A DNA stretch of 62,191 nucleotides, counting the filler, from Globobulimina sp. (Eukaryota): the NCBI GenBank assembly GCA_003354225.1. It is 34 parts of 34 records of this genome, joined end to end, with 100 filler letters (N's around TTAATTAATTAA, not from the genome) between each part and the next. Parts side by side here need not be neighbours in the genome. Positions count along the whole stretch, not along the records: positions 60,461 to 62,191 come from PIVH01012610.1; 33 more parts are not named here. One strand, written 5' to 3'. Below, piece after piece: positions 60,461 through 62,191 of this stretch. A model generated the notes under the pieces. It saw nothing but the letters and a program-made list of their open reading frames with translations, had not been told where the DNA came from and ran no database searches. The translations under genes were made by a program, and so were the position numbers. Numbering within the stretch: position 1 is the stretch's first letter; the number at the start of each line of letters is the position of its first letter.

Positions 60461-62191
60461 AATCGGCAACGAAATTATTTAGAATATTATCGGCATGAAA
60501 TGTTATTTAAACAGGAAGACAAATTAAATAAATATGCGTATAAGGAAGCAAACAGAAAAGTGTTTTCATTGAATCAATCTGATGAGAAATTAAAACGGGG
60601 CAAAATGTATTGGTTGGAATGCAAAGCACATATTTATTGTCAAGGTTCGGTTTGGTTCGATTATAATCAAGAAAAAAGAAAGAGATTTTGGCAAATTGAT
60701 AATTGGGAAAATAAGCATCGAATGAGATTAAAATTAATTGAGTATAAAGGCGGTTTAGTCAAAACACGGAGTGCTGGCGATTCACATTCACATTCACATT
60801 CACATTCAAATACAAATAATGCAAATACGAATATGCGAAATTTAACACAATCCATTGCGAATTTGGATGAATGGGGCATTACATTTACGCAAACAAACGA
60901 GGAGCAGCAGGAGGAGCAGGAGGAGGATAATGATGCGGATTATGAAGAGAAGAAAGAGGATGGATGGGATTATTGCAACACAATTGCAACAAAAGAAGAT
61001 TATTATATAAATGAATTGGAAGATGTGATAATTTATGAATGTGAGTGCGTGCTCTTAATCACACCAATTGGTAATTATGAGGGCGAGATTAAGATTACAC
61101 GCTCTTATTTTCAATTTTTATGCAATAAATCGCGAGAGAAATATGAGAGAATAACAAGTGATACATACGAGAATGGCGATAGTTGCCATATATATTCGTT
61201 GCCGGCTTTAAACCAAATAAGGTTGGACGAGTCCGGCGATCGATATATTAGTTTGGAGAAAATCCATGCAATATTTCGGCGAAGATATCAATTGCAACAT
61301 AGTGCATTAGAAATATTTTTATTGGATGGCAAATCCTATTTTTTTGAGATTGGTTCAAAAGAAAAAAGGAATGAAATCTTAAAAACGTTATTCAGTCATC
61401 GCGAGTTAAAATCGTCGATGGTGTCTGTCAATAAATTATTTAGTCGAAAAGCGCCGGATATCATGAGATTATGTAATATTTGTGACAGATGGCGGAAGCA
61501 TGAAATATCAAACTTTGATTATTTAATACTCTTAAATACAATCTCTGGCCGCAGCTATAACGATGTCAACCAATATCCAATATTTCCATGGATATTAAGC
61601 GATTATGTGTCGCCTGAATTAGACTTATCGAACCCTGCGGTATTCAGGGATCTGTCGAAGCCAATGGGCGCATTGAACCCAGATCGATTAAAAACAATTA
61701 TAAAGAAATTCCGCGGCCTATTACAAGATACCTCTGTGCCCGCATTCCATTATGGTTCTCATTATTCGAATGGCGCCATTGTCATATCCTATTTATTGCG
61801 CTTGGAACCTTTTAGCTCGCTACACATTGAATTGCAAGGCGGCAAGTTTGATTTTCCAGATCGACTGTTTTCTTCGTTGCAGCAATCATGGGACGCCGTA
61901 ATATCCTCTTTGACCACCTTCAAAGAATTGATACCGGAATTCTTTTATTTGCCCCATATGTTAAAAAATATAAATTGTTATGATTTAGGACGACGCCAAA
62001 ATGGTGAGTCCGTGGATGATGTCAAATTGCCGCCGTGGGCGTCCTCTGCCGATGACTTTATCCGTAAACATCGGAATGCCTTGGAAAGTCCCTATGTTTC
62101 CGCCCATTTGCATAATTGGATTGATTTGATTTGGGGCTATAAACAGCGCGGCAAACCAGCCGAGAACGCAAATAATTTATTTTATCATCTA
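60461..62191 (+). CDS. BEACH-domain protein (neurobeachin/LYST/Lvs family): PH-BEACH + BEACH, open at both ends; absent from ORF track
   Basis: Frame from 60461 gives FWQIDNWENKHRMRLKL; downstream RRYQLQHSALEIF, ISNFDYLILLNTISGRSYNDVNQYPIFPW, FRDLSKPMG, FHYGSHYS, KELIPEFFY, LPPWA, LHNWIDLIWGYKQRG. Confidence 0.96.

Larger units (their letters stand above)
1..62191. other. Pseudo-scaffold of 34 unlinked contigs separated by 33 artificial 100-nt linkers (first 1735-1834, last 60361-60460)
   Basis: Identical N44-TTAATTAATTAA-N44 spacer (stops in all six frames) every ~1832 nt; contig lengths fall monotonically 1734>1733>1732>1731. Confidence 0.99.

Noticed and set aside
60667-60879. 70-aa minus ORF with ECECEC
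   Set aside because: Antisense to the (TCACAT)n His-Ser tract of the BEACH gene
1-62191. rRNA, tRNA, CRISPR arrays, cas genes, integron integrase
   Set aside because: None recognised by eye; short RNA genes could be missed without covariance-model searches

Overview
This window is not one locus. It is 34 short contigs (1734 down to 1731 bp, sorted by length) joined by 100-nt artificial linkers (N44-TTAATTAATTAA-N44), so adjacency across a linker has no biological meaning. Most contigs come from an AT-rich eukaryote with short (~50-85 nt) GT-AG introns; the style suggests a protist, possibly a foraminiferan/rhizarian (inference only). Recognisable host-type genes, nearly all partial: RelA/SpoT-like nucleotidyltransferase with a helical/ankyrin-like tail, SAM+PDZ protein, TPR-SET protein, cAMP-receptor-like GPCR, several transporters, ABHD4/5-like hydrolase, pepsin-type protease, DOMON+vWA protein, triple-PUB protein, IRE1-like sensor, CAP-Gly protein, UPF1/DNA2-type helicase, EFSec, Stealth protein, MABP protein, thiamine pyrophosphokinase, chlorophyllase-like hydrolase, Exo84 and a BEACH protein missed by the ORF track. 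Mobile DNA: two non-LTR retrotransposon fragments, a DIRS-like tyrosine recombinase and three MITE/foldback families, one present on three contigs. Several contigs contain prokaryotic pieces fused mid-gene to unrelated DNA, as expected from whole-genome-amplification chimeras; one carries an integron cassette array (HEPN-like and DUF2971-like cassettes). Most notable: a 1612-bp circular or tandem unit that may encode a reading frame with no start or stop, the eukaryotic alarmone-synthetase-like gene, the candidate defence cassettes, and recurrent single in-frame stop codons. All family assignments are by eye from motifs; no searches were run.
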